From: Eubacteriales bacterium
GTDB taxonomy: Bacteria > Bacillota > Clostridia > Oscillospirales > SIG627
NCBI GenBank assembly: GCA_045590615.1
Contig: JAZNRH010000044.1
Span: 1 to 61,365, forward strand
Length of the DNA: 61,365 nt
Direction: 5' to 3'
Positions 1 through 9,133 of this stretch are shown here, one piece after another. How positions within the stretch are numbered: the first letter of the stretch is position 1; the number at the start of each line of letters is the position of its first letter. The translations under genes were made by a program, and so were the position numbers. The notes beneath the pieces were generated by a model. The model was given only the letters and a program-made list of their open reading frames with translations. It ran no database searches and had not been told where the DNA came from.

Positions 1-425
1 ATTACGCAGCTAAGGTTGCTTCTTCTGTAACAATCTGGGGTCTTGCTAACGATGCTGATGAAGCTGCAGAGTACAAGCAGTTCACTCTTGATGAGCTTGC
101 TGAAATGGTTGAGTTGATTGACGCTCGTACAGAGGAAATCACAGACAACAAGACACAGCTTGAAGCTGACAAGGCAGCTCTTGATACAGAGGCTGAGGAT
201 TATGCAGAGAAGGCAGCAGCTATCGACGCTGAAATCGAAGATATCGTTAATGAGCTTAATGAAATCGATACAATCGATATGCTCATGCTCTACTACGAAG
301 ATGCTAACGACGACCTTGTTCTTGCAACAATCATCGTTGAAGTATTCGAAGCAGATTCTGAGGACGTAGTATACTCTGTTAACGATACAATCTTCGTTAA
401 CTTCGGCACTATTACCGAAGCATAA
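1..425 (+). CDS. 3' end of a hypothetical acidic Ala/Glu/Asp-rich protein (5' end lies off-window)
   Basis: The frame of the 105..425 ORF stays open back to base 3 (YAAKVASSVTIWGLANDADEAAEYKQF...), so the gene enters from the left edge. No family recognised. A hairpin terminator follows. Confidence 0.5.
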   Translation, partial: YAAKVASSVTIWGLANDADEAAEYKQFTLDELAEMVELIDARTEEITDNKTQLEADKAALDTEAEDYAEKAAAIDAEIEDIVNELNEIDTIDMLMLYYEDANDDLVLATIIVEVFEADSEDVVYSVNDTIFVNFGTITEA

Positions 426-448
426 TTCAGGATTGCTAATACTAAGGT

Positions 449-477
449 GCTTCCCGAAAGGGAAGCATCTTTTTTTA
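449..477 (+). terminator. Rho-independent terminator
   Basis: GCTTCCC-GAAA-GGGAAGC hairpin followed by ATCTTTTTTT. Confidence 0.75.
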
Positions 478-525
478 TCATATAGGAAATTTTTTTGAAT
501 TAACCTCGTCGTTTTGCCTTGCTTC
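471..525 (-). repeat. Family C intergenic repeat, copy C1
   Basis: The reverse complement GAAGCAAGGCAAAACGACGAGGTTAATTCAAAAAAATTTCCTATATGATAAAAAA is near-identical to 50888..50949. It starts in the T-tail of the preceding terminator. Confidence 0.8.
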
Positions 526-546
526 TTATTTATATAACAAAAATAT

Positions 547-567
547 GGGGACGGAAAATCCGTCCCC
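547..567. terminator. Hairpin terminator, probably serving metH on the minus strand
   Basis: GGGGACGG-AAAAT-CCGTCCCC. On the minus strand it is followed by ATATTTTTG. Confidence 0.6.
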
Positions 568-587
568 ATAAGGTTACATAACGCTTA

Positions 588-2972
588 TTACTTCAATATC
601 TCTTCTGCGTAGCGCACAGCTTCCATAGCATCCTTTGCGTATTTGTCTGCACCGATTGCATCGGAGTATTCCTGATTGAGAACTGCGCCACCTACGATTA
701 TCTTGCACCAGGGCGCATTTTTGCGCAGAAGCTTGATTGTCTCTTCCATTGCAGGTACTGTCGTTGTCATAAGTGCACTCAGACCCACAAGTTTACAATT
801 TTCTTTGATGACCGTTTCGACTATTTTTTCGCTCGCAACGTCTCTGCCAAGGTCGATTACGTTGAAGCCGTAATTTTCAAGCAGCAGCTTCACAATATTC
901 TTTCCGATATCGTGTATATCGCCTTTGACCGTCGCAATAACTACACAGCCCGTGCTCGCTCTTGTATCAGCAGTCATAGAGGCTTTGATTATTTCAAAGG
1001 CTGATTTGGCAGCCTCGGCACTCATAAGTAGCTGAGGAAGATATACCGTTTTGTTTTCAAAGCCGGTACCTACGGTGTTGAGGGCAGGTATAATTTCAAG
1101 CTGAACTATTTCAAGAGCCTTGCGTTGTGTCAGAAGCTCCTTGGTCAGCTCGGACGCCTCCTCCTTCAAGCCCTTGACGATTGCTCTTTGGAGAGCCGAG
1201 GAAAAGTCCTCGTCCTTTTTTTCCTTTTTATCCGTAACCTCGCCAACGGTAACCGTCTCGGCGAAAGCAAGGTAGTCAGCACAAGCCTCGTCGAGAGCCG
1301 ATAAGGCTCTGAATGCGTGATAGGTTTTTTGCATTTCGGCAGAGTAAGGATTCATAATTGCTGCTGAGAGCCCGTTGGAAAGAGCAAGTGCAAAGAAGGT
1401 GCTGTTGATTATATCTCTGTTGGGCAAGCCGAAGGAAACGTTTGAGACACCCAGCGAGGTATGACAGCCAAGCTCGTTTTTTATCAGCCTTACAGCTTCA
1501 AGAGTCTGCAGTGCAGCATTGTTGTCTGCGCTTATTGTCAGTGCGAGTGGGTCGAAAATAATATCCTTTTTGTCGATACCGTATCTTTCTGCCTCGGCAA
1601 GAATTTTTCTTGCAATTTCAAGACGTTCCTCTGCCTTGTCGGGAATTCCGTTCTCGTCAAGGGTAAGAGCAACCACGAGAGCACCGTATTTTTTAGCAAT
1701 AGGGAATACCGAGTCCATACTCTCCTTTTTGCCGTTCACCGAGTTGAGCATTGCCTTTCCGTTGTAAATGCGCAGTGCCCTTTCCATTGCCTCGGGATTT
1801 GAGGTGTCAATCTGCAAGGGCAGATTGAGTATTGCCTGTAGCTCGAATATTGCAGTCGTGAGCATTTCGATCTCGTCAATTTCGGGGAGACCGACGTTGA
1901 CGTCAAGCAGATGTACGCCACGCTCCTGCTGGGCAATACCTTCCTTGAGAATATAGTCTATGTCGTGAGCCTTAAGCGCTTCCTTAAAGCGCTTTTTGCC
2001 TGTCGGATTAATTCTTTCTCCTATAAGAACAGGGGAAGAGTCAAATATCACAGAATGTGTGTATGATGAAACGCAAGTTATATTCTTTTTTGTTATCGGC
2101 TTTGGCTCTACGTTACAGCAGGCATTGACGGTAGCCTTTATATATTCGGGTGTAGTTCCACAACAGCCACCGACAATTCTGACACCCTCTTTAACAAGGA
2201 GCGAAACCTCGTTTGAAAACTCGTCGGGCAGAACGTCGTATACCGTCTTGCCGTCAATCGCTCTTGGCAGACCTGCATTGGGCTTTAAGATAATGGGGAG
2301 TGAGGAGTATTTCAGATACTCTCTTACAACTCCACCAAGTGCCTTTGGACCGAGTGAGCAGTTGACACCGATGGCATCAGCCCCCATACCTTCAAGAAGA
2401 GCGACCATAGCCGAGGGCGAAGCACCCGTCATCAGCTTTGAGTCCTCCGAGTATGCGTTTGATACAAAGACGGGAAGGTCGGAGTTTTCCTTAACTGCAA
2501 GAAGTGCAGCCTTTGTTTCGTAGCTGTCGTTCATCGTTTCGATGATTACGAGGTCAACCCCGTATTTAACGCCGAGCTTTACGGTCTCGGCAAAAATTGA
2601 GACAGCCTCTTCAAAATCGAGGTCCCCATAGGGCTTGAGCATTCTGCCCGTAGGGCCGATATCAAGGGCAATCCACTTTTCTTGAGGAGCGTTGCTTTCC
2701 TCTCTTGCTCTCTTTGCGTTTTCTACTGCCTTGCCGATAATTTCGTCAAGCTCATTATATGTGAATTTAAGAATATTTGCGCCAAAGGTGTTGGTGCTGA
2801 CAACGTTACTGCCAGCGTCAAAATAGTCTCTGTGTATTTTAGTTACTGCCTCGGGGTGAGTAAGATTCCAGCGTTCAGGCAGTTCGCCTGCCTTCAAGCC
2901 CTCTGCCTGCAGCAGAGTACCCATTCCACCGTCGAGGAAAAGTATATTGTTCTTCAAATAATCAAGTATCAT
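588..2972 (-). CDS. metH: Cobalamin-dependent methionine synthase core (Hcy S-methyltransferase, pterin-binding, B12-cap and B12-binding domains), lacking the activation domain
   Basis: 794 aa. The N-terminus has the homocysteine-binding motif GGCCGTTPEYI, the middle is pterin-binding, and the C-terminus carries the B12-binding DIHDIGKNIV (DxHxxG) motif. It ends after the B12 domain. Confidence 0.9.
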   Translation of the reverse strand: MILDYLKNNILFLDGGMGTLLQAEGLKAGELPERWNLTHPEAVTKIHRDYFDAGSNVVSTNTFGANILKFTYNELDEIIGKAVENAKRAREESNAPQEKWIALDIGPTGRMLKPYGDLDFEEAVSIFAETVKLGVKYGVDLVIIETMNDSYETKAALLAVKENSDLPVFVSNAYSEDSKLMTGASPSAMVALLEGMGADAIGVNCSLGPKALGGVVREYLKYSSLPIILKPNAGLPRAIDGKTVYDVLPDEFSNEVSLLVKEGVRIVGGCCGTTPEYIKATVNACCNVEPKPITKKNITCVSSYTHSVIFDSSPVLIGERINPTGKKRFKEALKAHDIDYILKEGIAQQERGVHLLDVNVGLPEIDEIEMLTTAIFELQAILNLPLQIDTSNPEAMERALRIYNGKAMLNSVNGKKESMDSVFPIAKKYGALVVALTLDENGIPDKAEERLEIARKILAEAERYGIDKKDIIFDPLALTISADNNAALQTLEAVRLIKNELGCHTSLGVSNVSFGLPNRDIINSTFFALALSNGLSAAIMNPYSAEMQKTYHAFRALSALDEACADYLAFAETVTVGEVTDKKEKKDEDFSSALQRAIVKGLKEEASELTKELLTQRKALEIVQLEIIPALNTVGTGFENKTVYLPQLLMSAEAAKSAFEIIKASMTADTRASTGCVVIATVKGDIHDIGKNIVKLLLENYGFNVIDLGRDVASEKIVETVIKENCKLVGLSALMTTTVPAMEETIKLLRKNAPWCKIIVGGAVLNQEYSDAIGADKYAKDAMEAVRYAEEILK

Positions 2973-3556
2973 TTTTTAACTCCCATCATTGCCGTCACCG
3001 ATTTGGTTGGCGACATTAAAAGACTCTCGTTGAGGGTGAGACCTATTTTTCTCGGGCAATCAAGTGCTGAAAATATATCCCTTTGCACCTCAAGTGGAAA
3101 ATCTCCGTATCCTGCGCTCAGACGAGGCAGGGTATTATATTCTTTTTTTATATCAAGACAAAATGCATCGCAGAGTGCTTCTATACGTTCTGCACCGATT
3201 GCCTGAAAAAGCAGAGCCTTGGTCGGAGATACGGTTGCATAACGGTAGGTCAGACGGTCAAGCTCAATGCCCACCGTTGCAGAAAACACAATGAGTGAGT
3301 CACAGCCCTGCACTCCTTTTTTCACCGTCTCAGAGCCGGTTATTGTAAATCCGAGGTCGAGGGCATCGCCACACTCCCGAATATCAAAAAAACGGTAGCA
3401 CACCTTGTAGCACAGCTTGCCTTCAAGCTCGTCAAGACATTCGTCAATGATTTCTTCAAGCTCCTTTGCCTCGCCTCTCACTCCTGCGTAGCGCAGAATT
3501 TCACTATAGTTGACGGTTGGCGCAGGGTAGCTTTTCGTATAAATGATGCTATTCAT
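2969..3556 (-). CDS. Stand-alone methionine synthase activation (AdoMet-binding) domain protein
   Basis: 195 aa. RLSAGYGDFPLEVQRDIF...IGLTLNESLLMSPTKSVTAMMGV resembles the C-terminal reactivation domain of MetH. The stop/start overlaps metH. Confidence 0.75.
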   Translation of the reverse strand: MNSIIYTKSYPAPTVNYSEILRYAGVRGEAKELEEIIDECLDELEGKLCYKVCYRFFDIRECGDALDLGFTITGSETVKKGVQGCDSLIVFSATVGIELDRLTYRYATVSPTKALLFQAIGAERIEALCDAFCLDIKKEYNTLPRLSAGYGDFPLEVQRDIFSALDCPRKIGLTLNESLLMSPTKSVTAMMGVKK

Positions 3557-3558
3557 AA

Positions 3559-4431
3559 TCAGGACAAAATATCCGAGAGGTTATTTTGAATTGCTATTGC
3601 GACGTCGGGCTTGTTCATAGAGTAGACGTGTACGTTTTTTATTCCGTTGGCAAAAAGGTCGATGATTTGGTCGGTTGCATAAGCAATACCTGCTTGCTTC
3701 ATAGCATTCGGGGTATTGCCAAACTTGTCTACAAGCGACTTAAAGCGCTGTGGTACAAACGCACCCGACAGCTTTATGGCTCGCTCTACCTGATTTCCGT
3801 TGGTGATGGGCATAATACCCGGAACAACGGGAACGGTAATGCCTGCTTCACGGATTTTATAAAGAAAGTTATATAAAAGATTGTTGTCGAAAAACATCTG
3901 TGTCGTGAGGAAGGAACAGCCTGCCTCCACCTTCTCTTTAAGATAGAATATATCTTCCTTCTGATTTGCGCTTTCGGGGTGAATTTCGGGGTAGCACGCT
4001 CCACCGATACAGAAATCGGCGCTCTCTCGAAGCTCGTGAATGAGGTCGATTGCATGTGTATACGCCCAGCTCGAACGGTCGGCATTTTTGAGCTCGTCTG
4101 GAACGTCGCCTCTGAGCGCCATTACGTTTTCGATACCTGCAAGTCGCATTTCTTTAATTCTTTCTTTTACAGTCTCTTTTGTTGACGATACGCAGGTGAG
4201 ATGCGCAAGGGTGGGCACCGAGTAGCGTTCTTTTATATTTTTGGCAATTTCAAGAGTATATTTACTCGTTCCACCACCTGCACCATAGGTTACGCTCATA
4301 AATGAAGGGCGTAGCTTGGCAATTTCTTCGGTGGCAGTTTTTACACTTTCAAAGACTGTGTCGGTCTTGGGTGGGAACACCTCAAAGGAAAGTGAAAGCT
4401 TGTCCTGTTCAAATAATTTGGTCAGTTTCAT
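3559..4431 (-). CDS. metF: 5,10-methylenetetrahydrofolate reductase
   Basis: 290 aa. LSFEVFPPKT, SVTYGAGGGT and the overall MetF layout. Located in an operon with metH. Confidence 0.9.
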   Translation of the reverse strand: MKLTKLFEQDKLSLSFEVFPPKTDTVFESVKTATEEIAKLRPSFMSVTYGAGGGTSKYTLEIAKNIKERYSVPTLAHLTCVSSTKETVKERIKEMRLAGIENVMALRGDVPDELKNADRSSWAYTHAIDLIHELRESADFCIGGACYPEIHPESANQKEDIFYLKEKVEAGCSFLTTQMFFDNNLLYNFLYKIREAGITVPVVPGIMPITNGNQVERAIKLSGAFVPQRFKSLVDKFGNTPNAMKQAGIAYATDQIIDLFANGIKNVHVYSMNKPDVAIAIQNNLSDILS

Positions 4432-5030
4432 ATTTTACTCCTGTTAATCCTTTCGATTATACCGATTATTTTGCCCGACAGTATTACTGTTAAGAGAGAA
4501 AAAACAATCTTTTGATAAGGTATATATACGAGCGACAGTAACAATACCGTCAAATCACTTATAAGATATACGGTTTCAATTTTAACACGGAACAGCTTTG
4601 AAAAGCCCATTGCTAAGGCATCGTCACCACTTGGAGCGCCACCTGCCCTGACGCAGAGCCCTGCGCCCACACCGATGAAAATTGCGCCTGCAATTGAGGC
4701 GAGGAGAGGTTTGGTGTAAAGTGCTTCAAAAAGTGGGGGCGTGAACTCCAACACTCTGTAGGTCAATGAAAAGGAGATGCTTGCAATCGCCGAATAGAAA
4801 ATAAAGCGTTTCCCCAGAATTCGCCATCCTATAAAGTAGCATAGCATATTGAGTATAAAGCTTGAAAAGGCTGGGGAGATATTAAATACGTGCTCTAAAA
4901 ACAGCGTAAGCCCAAGAACGCCACCCTCGGTAACACCCGAGAAGGAGTGGATTTCATAAAAGCCAAAAGCCATAATCATTGCACCCGAGAGTGAGAGGAT
5001 AATATTCTTGAAGCAGAGAGTGTTTTTCAT
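4428..5030 (-). CDS. YitT/YczE-like integral membrane protein
   Basis: 200 aa with multiple TM segments and a GGAPSGDDALA motif. Its stop overlaps the metF start, so it is probably the first gene of the operon. Confidence 0.55.
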   Translation of the reverse strand: MKNTLCFKNIILSLSGAMIMAFGFYEIHSFSGVTEGGVLGLTLFLEHVFNISPAFSSFILNMLCYFIGWRILGKRFIFYSAIASISFSLTYRVLEFTPPLFEALYTKPLLASIAGAIFIGVGAGLCVRAGGAPSGDDALAMGFSKLFRVKIETVYLISDLTVLLLSLVYIPYQKIVFSLLTVILSGKIIGIIERINRSKI

Positions 5031-5031
5031 T

Positions 5032-5060
5032 TTGACAATCCTCGAATTTTGTGATACAAT
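5032..5060 (+). promoter_or_regulatory. Sigma-A-type promoter for the thioesterase gene
   Basis: TTGACA-N17-TGaTACAAT, about 20 nt upstream of a GGAGG RBS. Confidence 0.6.
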
Positions 5061-5081
5061 ACTAAAAACGGAGGTGTTTTT

Positions 5082-5486
5082 ATGACAGAAATTGAAAGAG
5101 TCAGGAATTTTTTTGAAGGTGACGTTTTCGCCACCTCGGCAACGGGAATAGAAATAGATGAAATCGCTGATAAGTGGGCAAAGTGCTCGCTCAAGCTTGA
5201 TTCACGTCACAAGAACGCTGCAAATCAGGTAATGGGAGGCGCAATTTTTACGCTTGCCGATTTTACGTTTGCAGTTGCAACCAACAGAGGAGACGGTGCT
5301 GTTACCGTTACCACCTCTTCAAATATTTCGTTTATGGGTACAGTCAAGGGAGATATGCTCTTTGCCGAGGCAAAGCTACTCAAGGACGGCAGACGAAGCT
5401 GTTTTTATCAGATTGAGGTAAAGGACTCAACCGATACTCTCGTTGCTGTTGTCAATACCGTCGGAACTCACGTTTCAGACAAATAA
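5082..5486 (+). CDS. PaaI-family hotdog-fold thioesterase
   Basis: 134 aa. The NAANQVMGGAIFTLADFTFAVA core is typical of PaaI/'uncharacterized domain 1' thioesterases. Confidence 0.7.
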   Translation: MTEIERVRNFFEGDVFATSATGIEIDEIADKWAKCSLKLDSRHKNAANQVMGGAIFTLADFTFAVATNRGDGAVTVTTSSNISFMGTVKGDMLFAEAKLLKDGRRSCFYQIEVKDSTDTLVAVVNTVGTHVSDK

Positions 5487-6545
5487 CTTTTTATAGAAAA
5501 GCACTGCAACTATTATGGCTGTAAAGCCTGATGCAAGCTTTCCGACTACCGATGCAAGCACGAAGTCGGGGTTGAACGATAAGGTGAATGCCAGATGGCC
5601 TGCTAAAGTAAATGCGCCCGATACTGCGAAGGCAAGATTTGCAATTCTGCCCTTTTTGTCCATTTCGGGTATCAGTGGTATGCAGGTCGCAAAGCTCGCA
5701 GCAGATGCAAGAAAGCCGAGAACCGATTTACTGCCGAGTCCTGTTTTTGAACCGATTGCCGAAAGGGGTCGGTTCAATATTTTTGATAAAAGGAAAATCA
5801 GTGGGAACGAGCCTGTCATTACGCAGGTTGTATTTATTATAACGTCTGTTCCTTCTTTGAGAGGTGCAAGTGAGCCGATTATCTTGATGCCTGTAAGGAA
5901 TTCAAATATACCGAGCGCAAGACCGATAACGATGACGGTCATTATAGCCTTGCCGATAATTGAAAACACCTTTACCGAGAAAGAGGGCGCCTTCAGAAGT
6001 CCGAGTACTACCAGCCCTGAAAAAATAATAAGTGGGATTGAGTTAATCAAAAGCAGGGTAAGGGGTATTTTCAGCATCAGACCCGAAATGATACAGCCAA
6101 TGGGTATGGTTACTATTCCACAAAGAATACCCATCAAGACGTCAACGTGATATTTTTTGTCTATTACACTCAGAGCAAAGGGAATTGTGTATGAAATTGT
6201 TGCGCCAAGCGTTGAGCCCACTATCAGACCGTTGTACTGACCAAGCATATAATCGTCGGCAATTTCCTGCGCAAGAGGAGCGCCACCCATATCGCTTGCA
6301 AGAATCATTCCTGACAGAATTGACGGGTCGAAGGGTGTGTGCTTGATTATAAATTCTGTAAATGGGGTGAGGAGCTGTGCTATAACGGGAGCGAAAAGAA
6401 TCATTCCTACCATAGATATGAACATCAGGCTGAGCATCGAAACTGCCTTGTCAAATTCTTTGCCCAAGCCAAAGTGATTTCCCGTTATGTAGTCAAGTGC
6501 ACCCAGAATTGAAAAAATTGCAAATACTACGGATAAAGCGTACAT
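5475..6545 (-). CDS. eutH: EutH-family ethanolamine permease
   Basis: 356 aa polytopic membrane protein. ASDMGGAPLAQE and GIVTIPIGCI match conserved EutH blocks. Confidence 0.8.
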   Translation of the reverse strand: MYALSVVFAIFSILGALDYITGNHFGLGKEFDKAVSMLSLMFISMVGMILFAPVIAQLLTPFTEFIIKHTPFDPSILSGMILASDMGGAPLAQEIADDYMLGQYNGLIVGSTLGATISYTIPFALSVIDKKYHVDVLMGILCGIVTIPIGCIISGLMLKIPLTLLLINSIPLIIFSGLVVLGLLKAPSFSVKVFSIIGKAIMTVIVIGLALGIFEFLTGIKIIGSLAPLKEGTDVIINTTCVMTGSFPLIFLLSKILNRPLSAIGSKTGLGSKSVLGFLASAASFATCIPLIPEMDKKGRIANLAFAVSGAFTLAGHLAFTLSFNPDFVLASVVGKLASGFTAIIVAVLFYKKLFV

Positions 6546-6548
6546 ATT

Positions 6549-7361
6549 TTACACCAAAGCTTCTTCCCTGAAGCCGTCCTTTGTGAGTATTACGATATTT
6601 TTGTAGCCACAGTCAAGAAGTCTGTTGACAGCCATATTCCAATTACTGTCAAAAAAGTCTTTGTTGTGACAGTCGGAGCTGATTGTTATCTGGCAGCCAA
6701 GCGACTTTAACTCCTTTATGATAAATTCAGCAAGATAGGGCGTGTCACGGTAGCCTCTCGCTACGCAGCCGACGTTCAGCTCGAATATGCTGACCGTCTT
6801 TGCTATTTCTCTGAGCGCCTCGATTGCAAGAGCCTTGTACTCCTTTGAATCCTCGTCGAAGAGTGAGAGGGTCTTTGCGTGCTTGGTAACCAAATCAAAG
6901 TGACCGATAATGTCGGGCTTGTGTTTTACAATTCCGACAATCTGCTCGTAATAGCTACGTGCAAAAGCCATACCGTTACCGTCAAAGTACTCGTCAACAA
7001 GAGCCCTTACGTCGTCAGGCTTTCTGTCGAATGCTACCCTTATTCCGTCTTTAATCAGGTAGTGGAAAGAGCCGATAATATAGTCGTACTCGTCGAGTGG
7101 GTCGATAGAGAAAAGGTCATACTCCACTCCACAAAAGACGTCCAGCTTGCCCTCGTATTGCTTTTTTAGCTCGGCAGAGGTTTTCATATATTGCACGATT
7201 GCCTCGCCACCTTTGGTATATATGCTTTTTTGGTCTGTGCAGGCGTGCCTTGAAAAGCCGATTGAGTTAAATCCACATTCTATTGCCCTTTCGCACATTT
7301 CTTCAAGAGTGTTTTTTCCGTCACAGAATATAGAATGAGTATGTAAATTTTGGAGATACAT
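6549..7361 (-). CDS. PHP-family histidinol phosphatase (HisJ/HisK type)
   Basis: 270 aa. N-terminal LHTHSIFCDG metal-binding motif and a PHP domain layout. Confidence 0.7.
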   Translation of the reverse strand: MYLQNLHTHSIFCDGKNTLEEMCERAIECGFNSIGFSRHACTDQKSIYTKGGEAIVQYMKTSAELKKQYEGKLDVFCGVEYDLFSIDPLDEYDYIIGSFHYLIKDGIRVAFDRKPDDVRALVDEYFDGNGMAFARSYYEQIVGIVKHKPDIIGHFDLVTKHAKTLSLFDEDSKEYKALAIEALREIAKTVSIFELNVGCVARGYRDTPYLAEFIIKELKSLGCQITISSDCHNKDFFDSNWNMAVNRLLDCGYKNIVILTKDGFREEALV

Positions 7362-7365
7362 AATA

Positions 7366-8703
7366 TTAATGCTGAATTCTCAGCCCTTTCGGATAATGGT
7401 TTTTTATAGTTGAGTTGACAGCCTTGCCACCACCGAGCGCAATTCCCTCGGCTCGTACAACCGTCCAGCCGTTTTCGCATTCAGCCTCAAAGCTTTCGCC
7501 CTTGAGGTAGGCATCAAGCCTCGTATCATCGAGGGCAAGGTCGATTTTTCTTTTGAAAAGCTCGCCCAGAGCCGAGAACAAGTGATGATGGGGCTGGAAA
7601 TATCCCCGTCTTACTTCACCCAGAGTTACTCCACATGAATAGCTGAGCCTGTCGGGTACGGGAATTTCGGGGTTTATATAAACTACAGCATCCTTGAATT
7701 TTCTGACGTAATCGGGATTGTATTCGCTCAGCGTGTCGTCAAGAAATTCACAGACACATTTCATTTCGTCCTTGTCAAGAGGCTTCAATGCAGACTTCAC
7801 GTCGCATTCCTCGTATTCGTCGCCACGTCTTTTCAAAACTGCGCAGAATTGCCCCTCACCCTTGGCGTTGTGTGGGTAGAAGCGACGGTATGCGTCGTTT
7901 CCTATGCCCGACACCGTGTAGGGAACAATCCTTTCGCTTGGGTAAACAAGCTCAAAGTCATCGTTGTCGGCAAGAAAAGCGTTCACCTGCTCTTCGTTTT
8001 CCTCGGGTGCGAAGGTGCAGGTCGAATATATGAGATAGCCTCCACCACGAAGGGCACGGGATGCCGATTGAAGAATGCCCCTTTGCCTCTCGGCGCACAT
8101 TTTCACGTTGTCAATGCTCCAATCCTTAACGGCAACCTCTTCCTTTCGGAACATTCCCTCCCCAGAGCAGGGCGCATCGACTATAACAAGGTCAAAATAA
8201 TATGGAAAAAGCTGTGCAACAGCGCCAACCTCGGCTGAGGTGACGGCATAGTTTTTCATACCCATTCTTTCAAAGTTGCCCGACATAATTCTTGCTCTCG
8301 GGGTGTTGATTTCATTTGATATAATAAAGCCGTCGTCACCGAGAAAGGAGGCGGCCTGAAGCGATTTTCCACCTGGAGCTGAGCACGTGTCGAAAATCTT
8401 CCAATTCTTTTTTATGTCAAGACTTGCAACGGGAATCATTGCGCTGGGCTCCTGAACGTAAATCAGCCCTGCGTGATGAAGTGGGTGAGCCCCAATTTTA
8501 TCATAGCTGAAGTAGTAGGAGTCGTTTGCATATTCAATCGGTGAGATTGGAAAGGAAAAAAGTGACGATACATCGCCTTTTTTCTTGAGAGGGTTGACTC
8601 TGAAGGCTCTCGGACTGTCTTTTTCAAGCTCTTTGAGATAGCGTTTCAGTCCTTCTTCACCGAGTAGCTTTTTCATTCTGTCAATAAAAACTTCACTCAA
8701 CAT
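7366..8703 (-). CDS. rRNA cytosine-C5 methyltransferase, NOL1/NOP2/Sun family (RsmF-like)
   Basis: FDTCSAPGGKS and DAPCSGEGMFRK motifs. I place the start at the ATG 7 nt after AAAGGAG rather than at the TTG at 8721 used by the track. Confidence 0.75.
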   Translation of the reverse strand: MLSEVFIDRMKKLLGEEGLKRYLKELEKDSPRAFRVNPLKKKGDVSSLFSFPISPIEYANDSYYFSYDKIGAHPLHHAGLIYVQEPSAMIPVASLDIKKNWKIFDTCSAPGGKSLQAASFLGDDGFIISNEINTPRARIMSGNFERMGMKNYAVTSAEVGAVAQLFPYYFDLVIVDAPCSGEGMFRKEEVAVKDWSIDNVKMCAERQRGILQSASRALRGGGYLIYSTCTFAPEENEEQVNAFLADNDDFELVYPSERIVPYTVSGIGNDAYRRFYPHNAKGEGQFCAVLKRRGDEYEECDVKSALKPLDKDEMKCVCEFLDDTLSEYNPDYVRKFKDAVVYINPEIPVPDRLSYSCGVTLGEVRRGYFQPHHHLFSALGELFKRKIDLALDDTRLDAYLKGESFEAECENGWTVVRAEGIALGGGKAVNSTIKNHYPKGLRIQH

Positions 8704-8786
8704 AACGAAACTCCTTTCCAATTATTAATTATCTTACAAAAGCCGAATTATGTCAAGAGATTTTAGAAAGTTTCTTTCCAAAAGTA

Positions 8787-8815
8787 TTGACATTATCAAA
8801 AAACTGTGATATACT
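8787..8815 (+). promoter_or_regulatory. Sigma-A-type promoter of tRNA-Ser
   Basis: TTGACA-N17-TATACT, with TGTGA immediately upstream of the -10. Confidence 0.7.
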
Positions 8816-8831
8816 CTTAAGGCGACCGAAT

Positions 8832-8921
8832 GGAGAAGTACCCAAGGGGTTAAGGGGGCAGTTTGCTAAACTGTTAGGTCGGGTTACCGGCGCGCGAGTT
8901 CGATCCTCGCCTTCTCCGCCA
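8832..8921 (+). tRNA. tRNA-Ser (anticodon GCU), CCA encoded
   Basis: Acceptor GGAGAAG/CTTCTCC. Anticodon stem GCAGT/ACTGT with loop TTGCTAA. Long variable arm. T arm GCGAG-TTCGATC-CTCGC. 3' GCCA. Confidence 0.9.
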
Positions 8922-8926
8922 AAAAA

Positions 8927-8952
8927 CGACAAGTGAAAACTTGTCGTTTTTT
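8927..8952 (+). terminator. Rho-independent terminator of tRNA-Ser
   Basis: CGACAAG-TGAAAA-CTTGTCG followed by TTTTTT. Confidence 0.8.
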
Positions 8953-8983
8953 ACTTTTTCCCTTTTACTTTTTCCCTCTTACT

Positions 8984-9080
8984 TAAAAAAATCCAAGCCT
9001 TTCGACTTGGATTTTCCGTTATTTATTCATCAGCGAGAGGGAGTGAGGAAATATGAATCGGGTATTTTTCACCACTCAAC
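8984..9080 (-). ncRNA. Candidate ~95-nt antisense sRNA
   Basis: Bounded by the minus-strand promoter at 9087..9115 and the hairpin ATCCAAG/CTTGGAT (8991..9012), which on the minus strand is followed by T7. It contains UUUCCUCACUCCCUCUCGC, complementary to the RBS of the 9053..9133 micro-ORF. Confidence 0.3.
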
Positions 9081-9133
9081 ATTATTATTATATCATACAA
9101 TATGGCGTTTGTAAAGGTTTTTTTGTGCAATAG
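9053..9133 (+). CDS. Candidate 26-aa micro-ORF (MNRVFFTTQHYYYIIQYGVCKGFFVQ)
   Basis: Purine-rich RBS GAGGGAGTGAGG just upstream of the ATG. The stop codon lies inside an 11-bp hairpin (9123..9157). Below the track's length cutoff, and no homolog recognised. Confidence 0.3.
   Translation: MNRVFFTTQHYYYIIQYGVCKGFFVQ
9087..9115 (-). promoter_or_regulatory. Minus-strand sigma-A-type promoter
   Basis: Reverse complement reads TTTACA-N17-TGaTATAAT. Confidence 0.45.

Noticed and set aside
5031-5081. Search for a SAM or cobalamin riboswitch controlling the metF/metH operon.
   Set aside because: Only 51 bp separate the first operon gene from the divergent thioesterase gene, and no S-box or B12-box sequence is visible.
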